A stretch of DNA of 32,000 nucleotides from Prevotella phage Lak-C1, in sequence record MK250029.1; one strand, given 5' to 3'. Positions 1-9,244 of this stretch are shown one piece after another (within the stretch, counting starts at the first letter, position 1; the number at the start of each line of letters is the position of its first letter). Position numbers and translations under genes: made by a program. Below the pieces are notes generated by a model. The model ran no database searches and was not told the DNA's origin. It saw nothing but the letters and a program-made list of their open reading frames with translations.

Positions 1-375
1 CCAATTAATAACGTTATTTGCATCTGCTGTATTACGTCTAAATAAATTAGTAAATGCTTCAATAGTTGCATTATCACGCTTAGGCATTTTTGCTTCAGCT
101 TCACCAACAAAAGTCCAGATTAATTTAGGATTACCAAATGAAGCAAGTTTACATTTTCTACCTTGCTTGATAATACGTAGAACATATGATTGTTTTTGTG
201 TTTCATCAACTAAATACAAATAATATACTGGATAACCAGTAGTACCATTAGCAATAAGTTTTATAATACTACCTCTGTAAGGTATATCATCAAAACTTGC
301 AATATTTTCAAAATTAAATTTAACAACTTTTTGTTCAGTTGTTGAAAGTGCTTCGAATAATCTATTAAATTTCAT
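1..375 (-). CDS. hypothetical protein (5' part; C-terminus beyond window edge), begins MKFNRLFEALSTTEQK
   Basis: Open frame of 125 codons from ATG at 373-375 to the window edge; matches local minus-strand gene orientation and AT-rich start context. Confidence 0.7.
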   Translation of the reverse strand, partial: MKFNRLFEALSTTEQKVVKFNFENIASFDDIPYRGSIIKLIANGTTGYPVYYLYLVDETQKQSYVLRIIKQGRKCKLASFGNPKLIWTFVGEAEAKMPKRDNATIEAFTNLFRRNTADANNVINW

Positions 376-403
376 TATTAAAAATATTTAATGTTTAATA
401 TAT

Positions 404-1102
404 TTATTTTTTACAAATTGCTCTAATTGGTAATGATGATAACATATCATATATAGTTATACCAACATTATTTGCATTTAATATTTTATATCCATAATTA
501 AAATCATATCCATCATACTCAGTAGAACTCCAGAAACATGCATCTGTTTTATCCTGTACTTTCTTTCCTTTAATATAACCTGTTGAAGGAATAATTATGA
601 ATTTATTAGGATTTTTTAATGATGAAACTTTAAATGCAATACCATTTCTTCCTACTCGTATTTGTGATACATCTGTATTATTAATTAATTCTTCAATATC
701 TTTTTTAGAAGGTATATCCCAACTGGTTCCTAATATAAATTCAGGAACTGAATTATATTTTATTGTTTTATTTTTTAAACGACTATATAATAACTCTACA
801 TAAGAATCCCAGTTAATACCAGCTGCACTATCTAGTGAAATTTTATCTAATGTAAATCCTTTTCGCCTAAAATAACCACCAGTTTTTGTTGGTCTAGTTG
901 CTCCGATATTTCTATCACACCATAAGTTTCCTGATGGTAAATCTAAATCAACAGCTTCATATATAATATGATCTTTCCCTATAGTTATACCTGTTATTTT
1001 TTCTGCAAATGTATTATTTATAGAATCTTTATCGGATGCTAAAATATTATCAGTTTCTTCATCAAATAAAGATTCCATAAGTATTTTTATATTTTTATTC
1101 AT
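404..1102 (-). CDS. FISUMP/DUF1566-like domain protein (possible adhesin/virion decoration)
   Basis: 232 aa; contains 'VDLDLPSGNLWCDRNIGATRPTKTGGYF' and 'CFWSSTEYD', the pattern of Bacteroidota 'VDLGLPSGxLWAxxNVGA...FWSSTE' domains. Confidence 0.6.
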   Translation of the reverse strand: MNKNIKILMESLFDEETDNILASDKDSINNTFAEKITGITIGKDHIIYEAVDLDLPSGNLWCDRNIGATRPTKTGGYFRRKGFTLDKISLDSAAGINWDSYVELLYSRLKNKTIKYNSVPEFILGTSWDIPSKKDIEELINNTDVSQIRVGRNGIAFKVSSLKNPNKFIIIPSTGYIKGKKVQDKTDACFWSSTEYDGYDFNYGYKILNANNVGITIYDMLSSLPIRAICKK

Positions 1103-1132
1103 TAATATTATATTAATATTTAAAATATTTAT

Positions 1133-2275
1133 TTAATAACGTCCATATATACCACTTGGTTTATCTAATGTAAACTCATTTGTTATAACCCAATATGAAA
1201 TGCCGACATTATAACATAGTATAATAATAAGAATTGCGATATACCAACCAATACTTAATTCTATACTTAGATAATTAAAATCATTAAATTCTTTTCTATG
1301 CCAATTTTTATCAATTTGTGTATCTAACCATTCAGCATAATCTTTGAAATTAATATCAGGATGTTTTATAAAATAATCTCTTGTTTTAACTTCAAGCATA
1401 GGTTCATCACTCCACGAGAATGGATTACACCAAATAACTGTATTATTTTTCACACCGAGACATACGACAAATTCATTTTTATTTCCACCTTGCCAATATG
1501 CTTTTTGCATTTCCGCAACTTCTAATGATGGATTATTAAAGCATAGAATAAAAACATGTATTTGATTTTTTGGACCTCTATAACCATTTAAATATCGTAC
1601 TGCATCAATATCAGTATCAGTTGCAGTGAAACCAAGAATAGGATTTTGATCATTATTTTTAATTTCTGGATAATCAAATAACTTATTTTCTTTAATTTCT
1701 TCTTCACTCATATTTCCGTATTTGAATATAGAATATGATGAAGCTTTAACTTTATTTTGATATAAATGTGTCCACGTTACAGGATAAGAGTTTTCTCTTG
1801 TTCTGTTCCATGATGTAACATATGCATCGCCATCTTTTGATCTATATGATCTATGCATATCTTTAAAAACAGCAGGCATATTTAATTTATAACAAATTAA
1901 TTTATATTCATCTTCAGATACATCATTTGTTTCACCTGTTACTGTTTCATATACATATCGTTTAGGATGATAACGCCGTTCCGGAACTACATATGTTTCT
2001 GTACGAGTTTTACCTTTACCACATGAAACCGTTCTTGTATGTGTTACCATAACAGTTTCATCCCAATCTTCATAATATGTTATTTTACTTACCAAATCAC
2101 TTAAATATTCTTTATCTAATGATGATATATAAACAAATGAATATTTAAGAGCAAAAAATAACAATATTGAAGGAACAAGTACAACTACATATTCCCAAAG
2201 TGCTGTTTTTTCTCTAAATTTAAATGCAAGTATTCCCACTGTAACAATAGGAATTAAAAAGATTAATATTTCCAT
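1133..2275 (-). CDS. membrane-anchored hypothetical protein, 380 aa
   Basis: Hydrophobic helices at the N-terminus (MEILIFLIPIVTVGILAF..., YVVVLVPSILLFFALKYSF) and C-terminus (IGWYIAILIIILCYNVGI); TAA stop. Confidence 0.75.
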   Translation of the reverse strand: MEILIFLIPIVTVGILAFKFREKTALWEYVVVLVPSILLFFALKYSFVYISSLDKEYLSDLVSKITYYEDWDETVMVTHTRTVSCGKGKTRTETYVVPERRYHPKRYVYETVTGETNDVSEDEYKLICYKLNMPAVFKDMHRSYRSKDGDAYVTSWNRTRENSYPVTWTHLYQNKVKASSYSIFKYGNMSEEEIKENKLFDYPEIKNNDQNPILGFTATDTDIDAVRYLNGYRGPKNQIHVFILCFNNPSLEVAEMQKAYWQGGNKNEFVVCLGVKNNTVIWCNPFSWSDEPMLEVKTRDYFIKHPDINFKDYAEWLDTQIDKNWHRKEFNDFNYLSIELSIGWYIAILIIILCYNVGISYWVITNEFTLDKPSGIYGRY

Positions 2276-2315
2276 ATTTAATTAATACTATTTACTGATA
2301 TTCATATTTATAATA

Positions 2316-2323
2316 CAAAGATA
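2316..2323 (-). promoter_or_regulatory. Bacteroidota-type -7 promoter box TATCTTTG
   Basis: Minus strand ATGTATCTTTGTATTA about 45 nt upstream of the 2275 start. Confidence 0.65.
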
Positions 2324-2344
2324 CATTTTTATTATTAAATAAAA

Positions 2345-2378
2345 AAATCTTGAAGATTTTATATTATCTTCAAGATTT
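2345..2378 (-). terminator. intrinsic terminator containing the TGA stop of the 2370-2822 gene
   Basis: 12-bp perfect stem AAATCTTGAAGA / TCTTCAAGATTT followed on minus by TTTTTTT. Confidence 0.85.
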
Positions 2379-2822
2379 CTCATATTTCTTTTTTAATTGT
2401 TCATATAATTTACGTTCATTATCTTCATTTTCTTTTTTATTCTTTTCCTCGATATATGTTTTGAATCTATTATAACGTTTATCACGCTCTTTATAATAGT
2501 CATCTCCATTTTTCAGAAAGTCTTCAAGTTGTTTTGCTGTTAAACCTCGCGTTGAATAATCATCATGCTCCCCTCTTCCATAATAATCATCCCACTCAAT
2601 ATAATATAACCCATTAAATTTAGATATTTCAATATATGTTATATTACAAGATTCTACATCTACATCATCATTACAGAATGAATGAAGAAACTGTTTATAT
2701 GATTTTTTACTTGTAAATTCTTTTATAAACTCCTGTTTATATTCTTTGTATTTCTGTAATGAATTATTGTATTCTTTTTCTATTTCATTAAATTTCTCAA
2801 ATGAAAAATTAGTATTATCCAT
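2370..2822 (-). CDS. hypothetical protein, tandem paralog A
   Basis: 150 aa, TGA stop; C-terminal ERKLYEQLKKKYEKS and ISFVQLxxxxxxxYIxWDD-like core shared with the next ORF. Confidence 0.8.
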   Translation of the reverse strand: MDNTNFSFEKFNEIEKEYNNSLQKYKEYKQEFIKEFTSKKSYKQFLHSFCNDDVDVESCNITYIEISKFNGLYYIEWDDYYGRGEHDDYSTRGLTAKQLEDFLKNGDDYYKERDKRYNRFKTYIEEKNKKENEDNERKLYEQLKKKYEKS

Positions 2823-2909
2823 ATTTTAATAAATTTTAGTAAAATTATTATAAAAATCTTATGCATATCTTACAAAATATTGAAAACATTTAAAGACGTT
2901 GTATTATCT

Positions 2910-3356
2910 TCAAGATTTCTCATATTTCTTTTTCAAACGTTCATATAATTCTCTTTCTTCTTTATCTGGATCTATATATTCATTATTTTTTGTATTTTGA
3001 ATACGTTCATAACGTTCTTTAACTTTTTCATAATATTCATCACCATTTTTGAAAAAGTCATCAATCTGCTTTATTGTTAAAGGTTTAGTCATGAATGATT
3101 CAGTTTCACCAAGAAAAGAATCATCCCATTGAATATAAAATATATCACCGTATCTTAATAACTGAATAAATGAAATATTTTGATTAAATACGTCTATATC
3201 TTTATCATCTCTATGTTTATTCAAGAAATATTTATATGATTTCATATTCTCAAATGCAACACTAAAAGATTTTATATGCTCATTATATTTACGTAAGATG
3301 TCTGTAAATTTATCATCATCTTCTACATACTGTTTAAATGAAAAAGTATTATCCAT
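2910..3356 (-). CDS. hypothetical protein, tandem paralog B
   Basis: 148 aa; aligns end to end with the 2370-2822 product (MDNTxFSFxxx...YKxFL...FYYIQWDD...LTxKQxxDFxKNGDxYY...ERYxR...YEKS). Confidence 0.8.
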   Translation of the reverse strand: MDNTFSFKQYVEDDDKFTDILRKYNEHIKSFSVAFENMKSYKYFLNKHRDDKDIDVFNQNISFIQLLRYGDIFYIQWDDSFLGETESFMTKPLTIKQIDDFFKNGDEYYEKVKERYERIQNTKNNEYIDPDKEERELYERLKKKYEKS

Positions 3357-3358
3357 AA

Positions 3359-3892
3359 TTAATAAATTTTTGTAAAATTATCATAAAAATCTTCCGCATG
3401 TCTTACAAAATATGGTCCATCTGGACAATCATCATATAATGCTTTATAAAGAATAAGATTATTATTTTTTCGCCAATAATAATTATTTCTTTCTATATAT
3501 TCACCATCAATACAATCAGGTTCAATATCAAGATCTTTAAATAAAATATTTTCTTGAATAACTTCATATTCTCGATGATCAAAATCTTTTGCATTATTGT
3601 ATATATAATGTCCTATACCTGTTTTTGATTCACATATATGTTCAGATGTATACCAAAAATCATTAAAATCATAATGTTCATCTGGAACTTTATCTTTATT
3701 CATATATTGTTTTTCAACATGCAATTTTGTTACTGTACATTTTGCATAACTTCCAAACCAACATATTTCAAATATTGTTTCATTATAGAATTCATATATG
3801 TTTAATATTCTTTTTGGTTCAACTAGTAAAGGAAATTCTTTACATTTATGAAATATATAATCTCCAATTTTTAATTCATTGAATGTTTTCAT
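3359..3892 (-). CDS. hypothetical protein, 177 aa
   Basis: Clean ORF, tightly packed with neighbours, TAA stop. Confidence 0.75.
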   Translation of the reverse strand: MKTFNELKIGDYIFHKCKEFPLLVEPKRILNIYEFYNETIFEICWFGSYAKCTVTKLHVEKQYMNKDKVPDEHYDFNDFWYTSEHICESKTGIGHYIYNNAKDFDHREYEVIQENILFKDLDIEPDCIDGEYIERNNYYWRKNNNLILYKALYDDCPDGPYFVRHAEDFYDNFTKIY

Positions 3893-3899
3893 ATTATTA

Positions 3900-4580
3900 T
3901 TAACTTATAATAGATAAAATATTTTCTATTTGATTAAATAAACTTTCTTGGTGTTCATCAATTAATTTTAATGAATATGATAATTTCATATCTTTCCATG
4001 AATCCATAAGAAATTTAATATGGTTTCCTAAAAATAATTTCCAATCATTAATACGTAATTCATCTTTTAGACCTATTGCACATTGTGTAAAATAATCGGA
4101 TGAAAATGAAACGAGTATATCACATTCTCTTAATATACGTTGATATAAATTAAGTTTATCATCTTCTATAATATATGGATAACATGTTGCTATGATATTA
4201 TCATGAACAATTTCTTTAATTCGTTCAACAGTATCTATATCATTAGGAAATTCTCTTGTAAAATAATCTTCCATAATTTTACATGCATTACTTACATTTA
4301 TATCATCTGTAAATCTTCCTGCACTATGATTAAAATCATGAAATATTGCAGATACAAGCAAAATATATAAACCTTCTGAATCTAATTTAAATTCATAATC
4401 ATCTTTTTGACTTTCTTCATATATACAACATATATGATACATCATTGATAATGTATGATTAGCATTATGATATGGATTAGAAAGTGTTATACAGTTATTA
4501 ACATAGAAAGAAAATATTTTCTTTAAATTATCATTTCCATTAATAAAATTAAATACTTTATTATAATCTATATTAATCAT
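3900..4580 (-). CDS. HD-domain / cyclic-nucleotide phosphodiesterase-like metal-dependent phosphohydrolase
   Basis: 226 aa with 'NPYHNANHTLSM', 'LLVSAIFHDFNHSAG' (HD), 'IKEIVHDNIIAT' and 'ILRECDILVSF', the arrangement of HD-superfamily metal ligands. Confidence 0.6.
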   Translation of the reverse strand: MINIDYNKVFNFINGNDNLKKIFSFYVNNCITLSNPYHNANHTLSMMYHICCIYEESQKDDYEFKLDSEGLYILLVSAIFHDFNHSAGRFTDDINVSNACKIMEDYFTREFPNDIDTVERIKEIVHDNIIATCYPYIIEDDKLNLYQRILRECDILVSFSSDYFTQCAIGLKDELRINDWKLFLGNHIKFLMDSWKDMKLSYSLKLIDEHQESLFNQIENILSIIS

Positions 4581-4630
4581 TTTTTAATTTATTTTTTAAC
4601 TTATATTTTCTTATATATGTATGAATATAA

Positions 4631-4666
4631 AAAGTCCTGATTAACATTCGAATTAATCAGGACTTT
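4631..4666. terminator. strong bidirectional stem-loop terminator
   Basis: Perfect 14-bp stem AAAGTCCTGATTAA / TTAATCAGGACTTT with 8-nt loop in the gap between two minus-strand genes, downstream of the 4701-6455 CDS. Confidence 0.8.
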
Positions 4667-4700
4667 TATATATATTTAACATAATTTTATTTAATATCGA

Positions 4701-6455
4701 TTAAATATTATCATATGTTTGTTCAAGAATCTTTGCATAATCCATATGGTAACCAAGTGGATGTTCTGATTCCTGTACAGGTTTCATAATAGGTTTTTGC
4801 GCGACTTTATAACGACGAACGAATTCTTCATTCATTACTCGCTGTGCTTCTCTTGTACGAAGACCAGTTTTCTCCCAGAATTCATCTACATCTTGTTTAT
4901 TTTCAAGAACCCAGTAACGAGCCATATTTTCAATTGCATCCTGCTCTTGAAGTGGTGCTTTTGTATAAAGTTCAATATCTTTAGGATCTGCTAATCGTAA
5001 CCAGTTTTTGAGAACACGCTTTTCTGCAAGTAGAGGAACATTCCATTGATTGTTAATATCTTCTATCTTATAGATATTATGTTCAACTACATATTTCATA
5101 CACTTCTTTTTCTGTGTAGGTTTAAGAGCTGCAAATTTAGCAAAATTTTCAGGAGATAATGAAATAGAGAATGGATAACGTGAAACAATTTGTTCTTTAA
5201 TACTTTCTTTCTTTTCAAGATTATCAAGGAGATCCTGGAATTCTTCCATATCTTTTTCTGTTTCTGCTGCAATTCTTTCTGCTTTTTCTGTAGATGTTTT
5301 TGAGTCTTCATCAGCTGGAGCTGCATCATCTGCATCATCATTTGCAGTATCTGTATCAGAAACATCTTCTGAATCATCTGACTTGTCTGCATCACCATCA
5401 TCGGCTTTATCTTCATCTGACTGTCCTTCAATGTCGATAATATCCGCACGTTTTTCATCTTTATCATCACTGTCTTCATCAGATGATTCACCATCAGCAT
5501 CTTCTGATGTAATATCAAGAATTAAGGCACGCTTCTTCTGTTTCTCTTCATCTGTTGGTTCTGACTTATTATCATCTGTAGATGCATTTGTATCATTATC
5601 CTTATTATCATCTGATTTATCATCTTTACTATCACTATCAGATGATGAATTATCTGCACCATCAGGTGTTACATCAGCTTCAGGTAATTTGAATTCTTCT
5701 TCATCTTCCTCAAGTAATGGTTTAGATAAATCTTTTAAGTTAACTGGCTTGTTTTTCATTTCCATACATTTTTCATTAATTGGTGCTTCTTGCTCTAATT
5801 CATTGACAGTAACGCCTTCCATAAGAACTTTATATTTCTTATTAGTTGTTTCTTTCTGTGATTTTTGAGCAGAAACAGATTCATTAAGATATGACATAGT
5901 ATTTACACCGAGTGATTCATTGATTCTATCAAGACGTGCTTCTGCAAAACCAGGTGTACATACAATATCATATGTGAATATTTGAGCGATTTCAACTTCA
6001 TGTGTTTTTTCATCTACATCACCTGCTGCGCGAGAAGATACAAATAAAGGATAACCAGCTTCAACTAATTCCTGAGCGATTTTACCGTTTGGTGTATCAA
6101 GGATTTCAAGTTTTCCCATTACATTATGGTTTTCCTGATCATACCAAAGATCTGTAATTTTATGAGAAGCTTCTTTTAATTGAATATCAAAACGACCTTC
6201 AGGATGATCTAATTCACCAAGAATTGAACCACTTTGTTTAATCATTTCGCGTAAATATCCAAGATGACGTAAAACTTCCTTTTCTGGATAACTTCTATTG
6301 TTTCTGTTAATTACAACATGTCCAGGTACAGAGCATGCAGTAAAAACACCAGAGAATATATATTTCTTATTATTTGGTGTACTGTCAAAGGCTTCATTAA
6401 GAGTAAGAGGCTGCAATGACTTACTTTTTATCATTAATTTACTATTCTTTGTCAT
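4701..6455 (-). CDS. prohead core protease (T4 gp21-like) with long acidic low-complexity and C-terminal extension
   Basis: 584 aa; 'NRNNRSYPEKEV...GSILGELDHPE...LFVSSRAAGD' matches the GELxHP / SSR(G) arrangement of T4-type prohead proteases; residues ~200-385 are extremely D/E/S rich. Confidence 0.8.
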   Translation of the reverse strand: MTKNSKLMIKSKSLQPLTLNEAFDSTPNNKKYIFSGVFTACSVPGHVVINRNNRSYPEKEVLRHLGYLREMIKQSGSILGELDHPEGRFDIQLKEASHKITDLWYDQENHNVMGKLEILDTPNGKIAQELVEAGYPLFVSSRAAGDVDEKTHEVEIAQIFTYDIVCTPGFAEARLDRINESLGVNTMSYLNESVSAQKSQKETTNKKYKVLMEGVTVNELEQEAPINEKCMEMKNKPVNLKDLSKPLLEEDEEEFKLPEADVTPDGADNSSSDSDSKDDKSDDNKDNDTNASTDDNKSEPTDEEKQKKRALILDITSEDADGESSDEDSDDKDEKRADIIDIEGQSDEDKADDGDADKSDDSEDVSDTDTANDDADDAAPADEDSKTSTEKAERIAAETEKDMEEFQDLLDNLEKKESIKEQIVSRYPFSISLSPENFAKFAALKPTQKKKCMKYVVEHNIYKIEDINNQWNVPLLAEKRVLKNWLRLADPKDIELYTKAPLQEQDAIENMARYWVLENKQDVDEFWEKTGLRTREAQRVMNEEFVRRYKVAQKPIMKPVQESEHPLGYHMDYAKILEQTYDNI

Positions 6456-6624
6456 ATAAACAAAATAATTCTTATTTTTATTATTTATTCATTCTATATA
6501 TTTATTAAATATGCAATTAATAAAATAATTTTATAATAGAATAATGAAAAAATAGATATGCTTATTGCTAGTACATTTGCAGAGAATTAAAAGAATAGTT
6601 AAAGTCTTCAACTAAATAAAAAGT

Positions 6625-6661
6625 AAATGGATAACTTATCATCAAGATAAGTTATCCATTT
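6625..6661 (-). terminator. intrinsic terminator overlapping the 3' end of the 6642-7250 CDS
   Basis: 15-bp perfect stem AAATGGATAACTTAT / ATAAGTTATCCATTT. Confidence 0.75.
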
Positions 6662-7250
6662 TTTGTTTACAATTATCAAATGAGTTTTTAAGTTTTGTAC
6701 AAAATGAATCAATATCATCTGGTGAATATCCATTAAAGGTAATTTCCCATAAAACTTCAGCAATAATTGTATTTTTATTGAAATTCTTTAAGGTATCTGG
6801 GTGAATATTCAAATACAAAACATTACACCAATCCATAAGATCTATTGCATAACTAACATCTCTTTCTTTAATAAAACCAGATACATTGATATATTCATCA
6901 TGATTTCCTAAATATTCATCAATTACTGTATTTAAACATATGTACATATTAAATGATGGCTTAATAGGTTTCATATTTTTGAGAATATGAAATGCTTGTT
7001 TATAACCATCAATATTTTTCTTTTCATCATGATGATGTATGTACATTGCATTCATAATATCATTAAATGATGAATTCATTATTAATTCCTTAAAAGAAAT
7101 AGTACGATCATTATTTCTTTTTGGACATGTATTTAATGTATTCAATGGTCTAATATTATTTAGAGATGGTTGAATTAAGTTGTATTTACAACCATGATGA
7201 GAACAATTCTTACACCAAATTTTCCCAATCTTACAATAATTCTTACTCAT
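6642..7250 (-). CDS. hypothetical protein, 202 aa, resembling Bacteroidota proteins of unknown function (DUF6557-like pattern)
   Basis: 'TISFKELIMNSSFNDIMNAM...YKQAFHILKNMKP' pattern; N-terminal Cys cluster C-x10-C-x2-C-x4-C; TGA stop. Confidence 0.6.
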   Translation of the reverse strand: MSKNYCKIGKIWCKNCSHHGCKYNLIQPSLNNIRPLNTLNTCPKRNNDRTISFKELIMNSSFNDIMNAMYIHHHDEKKNIDGYKQAFHILKNMKPIKPSFNMYICLNTVIDEYLGNHDEYINVSGFIKERDVSYAIDLMDWCNVLYLNIHPDTLKNFNKNTIIAEVLWEITFNGYSPDDIDSFCTKLKNSFDNCKQKMDNLS

Positions 7251-7255
7251 AATTA

Positions 7256-7378
7256 TTATTTTTTATTCACCTTATTTAAATATTCTTGCTTCATACACAT
7301 ATCAATATATTCATCTTCTAACATACCTCCGATGAAATTACAAAAACATTCTTTAAATTTTATGAAAATTTTTTTCAT
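7256..7378 (-). CDS. small ORF, 40 aa (MKKIFIKFKECFCNFIGGMLEDEY...)
   Basis: Internal Met of ORF 7256-7489 is the better start, because upstream sequence contains a TAnnTTTG promoter box and the end of the 7449-8471 gene. Confidence 0.45.
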   Translation of the reverse strand: MKKIFIKFKECFCNFIGGMLEDEYIDMCMKQEYLNKVNKK

Positions 7379-7406
7379 ATAAATATTAATTTTAATTATT
7401 ACAATA

Positions 7407-7414
7407 CAAAGATA
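7407..7414 (-). promoter_or_regulatory. Bacteroidota-type -7 promoter box TATCTTTG (within ATGTATCTTTGTATTG)
   Basis: Minus-strand TATCTTTG matches TAnnTTTG; identical core recurs five times in this window upstream of minus-strand genes. Confidence 0.6.
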
Positions 7415-7448
7415 CATATTTTTATTGACACATAAAAATTTATGTATA

Positions 7449-8471
7449 TTAAATATTGCTAAACAATGATTCTCGATAATATTCATCAAACTTATTTTCT
7501 TTTAATGCATAATTAATAACTTTTTGTAACTTTAAAAAATAATTTGAAATAAATTTATTAATATCATATTTAACTTTATCAGCATTTTGTTTATCTAATG
7601 ATGTATATTTATTATTCTATAACATTTTTCTTATGGATGATTCCTTAATATCATTTTTTAATAATTTCTAAATATGTCCATAATAACCTATAATATTTAA
7701 TAATAATACATATTCATAATTATTAGAAACAATATCATTCTTTAATAATATATTAAAATCAAGAAGATATTTGTCGTATAAATTAATATTTTTAAAATAT
7801 TGTATAAGTGAACCAATAGCATCATTATTTTTTATTATTTCATTAATTTCTTCATTTGTTAAATCACATATCAATCTATATTGTTGATTTACTCTTGCTT
7901 GAATTTCTGTAGGAGACATTAAATATAATATATCTTTAACTTTATCAAATAAATCATCTGATATATTGAAAATATTATCAATATTATCTGCCATATTTTT
8001 ATTATTTAAAATAATATTTTTATTTTTAAATTTATACATATGTTTTACATGTATAAATTCATGATGAAATATTGATTTAATTGTTTTTATATTAAAACCT
8101 TTTACTACATTTGCATTTATTTTTACAATATGATCATTTAAATTTATATCAATTCCGCGAATATCAGTTGTAGCATTTGCATTACTATTCCAATTTGCTT
8201 CCCAATATACAAATATAGAATATAAGTCTTCATTTTCGGTTTCTTTACATTTAACACATTCAGACGTTTCTATATTTAATTTCCATCCAGTATAAATTAA
8301 TCCATACATACGTCCTCCATTTTTTATAAATGTATCATATATATCATCAACAACATCATCAAATGTTCTTAAAATATGAAATTCTTCTAATAATGTATTT
8401 GATATTGCATCTATTAATGATTCCTATAATCTTAATCTTAAATTTCTTGGTATTGTATTATAACAACTCAT
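7449..8471 (-). CDS. HExxH-motif protein, putative zinc metallopeptidase-like, 340 aa, with 3 in-frame TAG (read as Gln)
   Basis: ORF-track fragment 7668-8309 extends through TAG at 8424-8426, 7668-7670 and 7617-7619 to TAA at 7449; contains 'IFHHEFIHVKHMYK' (HEFIH). Confidence 0.7.
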
Positions 8472-8492
8472 TATTATAATTATTAAATTTTG

Positions 8493-9242
8493 TTATTTAC
8501 GAAATATATTCTCATATATAAGTTTAATATCATTACTTGTTAATTTATGATAAGATTCTTTAATCGATATAGGTTCAACTCTACTAGAAAAATCTTCTAT
8601 ACATTGTTTTGTATCAAATTCTATATTTCTACCAAGTCCCCTTAATTTATTAATGTCTTTTTCTTTATCTAATATACCATCTTTAACTAATTGATCAAAT
8701 GCATACTTATCATCTGATATAAAAGTTTTACCACCTTTCTTCCATTCATCTGTATATGTTTCAGATTTATGATCATATTTAGCATCACAATTACCAAATA
8801 AACGTTTTACGTCTTTTCTGTATGCATTTCCTTTTTCTGGTATATAACATCTGAATTGTTTACCATCATAATATACCATAATACATATAGGACATTCCCA
8901 GTCACCACCAGCATACATAATAATATACGGACAACCTTTTACAGTTCTAAGACTACCACTGATTTCAAAATTTTCCCAATCTGGTTTAATATCTTTAAAG
9001 TCTTTATGAATAGTAGATTTATCATCATAATATGATTGTCTGACTGCACGTGGTAAAGTTGCAATAATTTTATTTGATGCATTTGTATTGTTTATTTTAT
9101 CAACCGTATATGTATCATCTTTACAAACATTTAATATAAATGCTTTAGCTTTTTCAACAAACTAAGTTTCACTTAATTTTGCAATTTTCCTACCACCTTT
9201 TCTTAATTTTATATTGTTATATAATGAATAATATTTACTCAT
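8493..9242 (-). CDS. hypothetical protein, 249 aa, with 1 in-frame TAG
   Basis: ORF-track fragment 8493-8918 extends upstream through TAG 9162-9164 to ATG at 9240-9242 (MSKYYSLYNNIKLRKGGRKIAKLSETQFVEKAKAFI...). Confidence 0.75.
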
Positions 9243-9244
9243 AA

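Noticed and set aside
1600-1680. 'DTDID' in the 1133-2275 protein as a possible polymerase motif C
   Set aside because: The surrounding residues (GFTATDTDIDAVRYLNGYRG) do not fit a B-family palm domain, and the protein has terminal transmembrane helices.
5096-5868. ORFs 5096-5518 (-) and 5383-5868 (+) inside the protease gene
   Set aside because: Out-of-frame or antisense shadows of the D/E/S-rich low-complexity region (poly M/Q and poly S/L translations); the 584-aa ORF explains the sequence.
6544-6615. Tiny plus-strand frame MKKQICLLLVHLQRIKRIVKVFN in the 186-nt gap upstream of the protease gene
   Set aside because: Only 23 codons and no supporting features; the gap is more likely a promoter or leader region.
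7194-7382. Plus-strand ORF of 62 aa
   Set aside because: Low-complexity F/I/L/Y translation of AT-rich antisense DNA overlapping better-supported minus ORFs.
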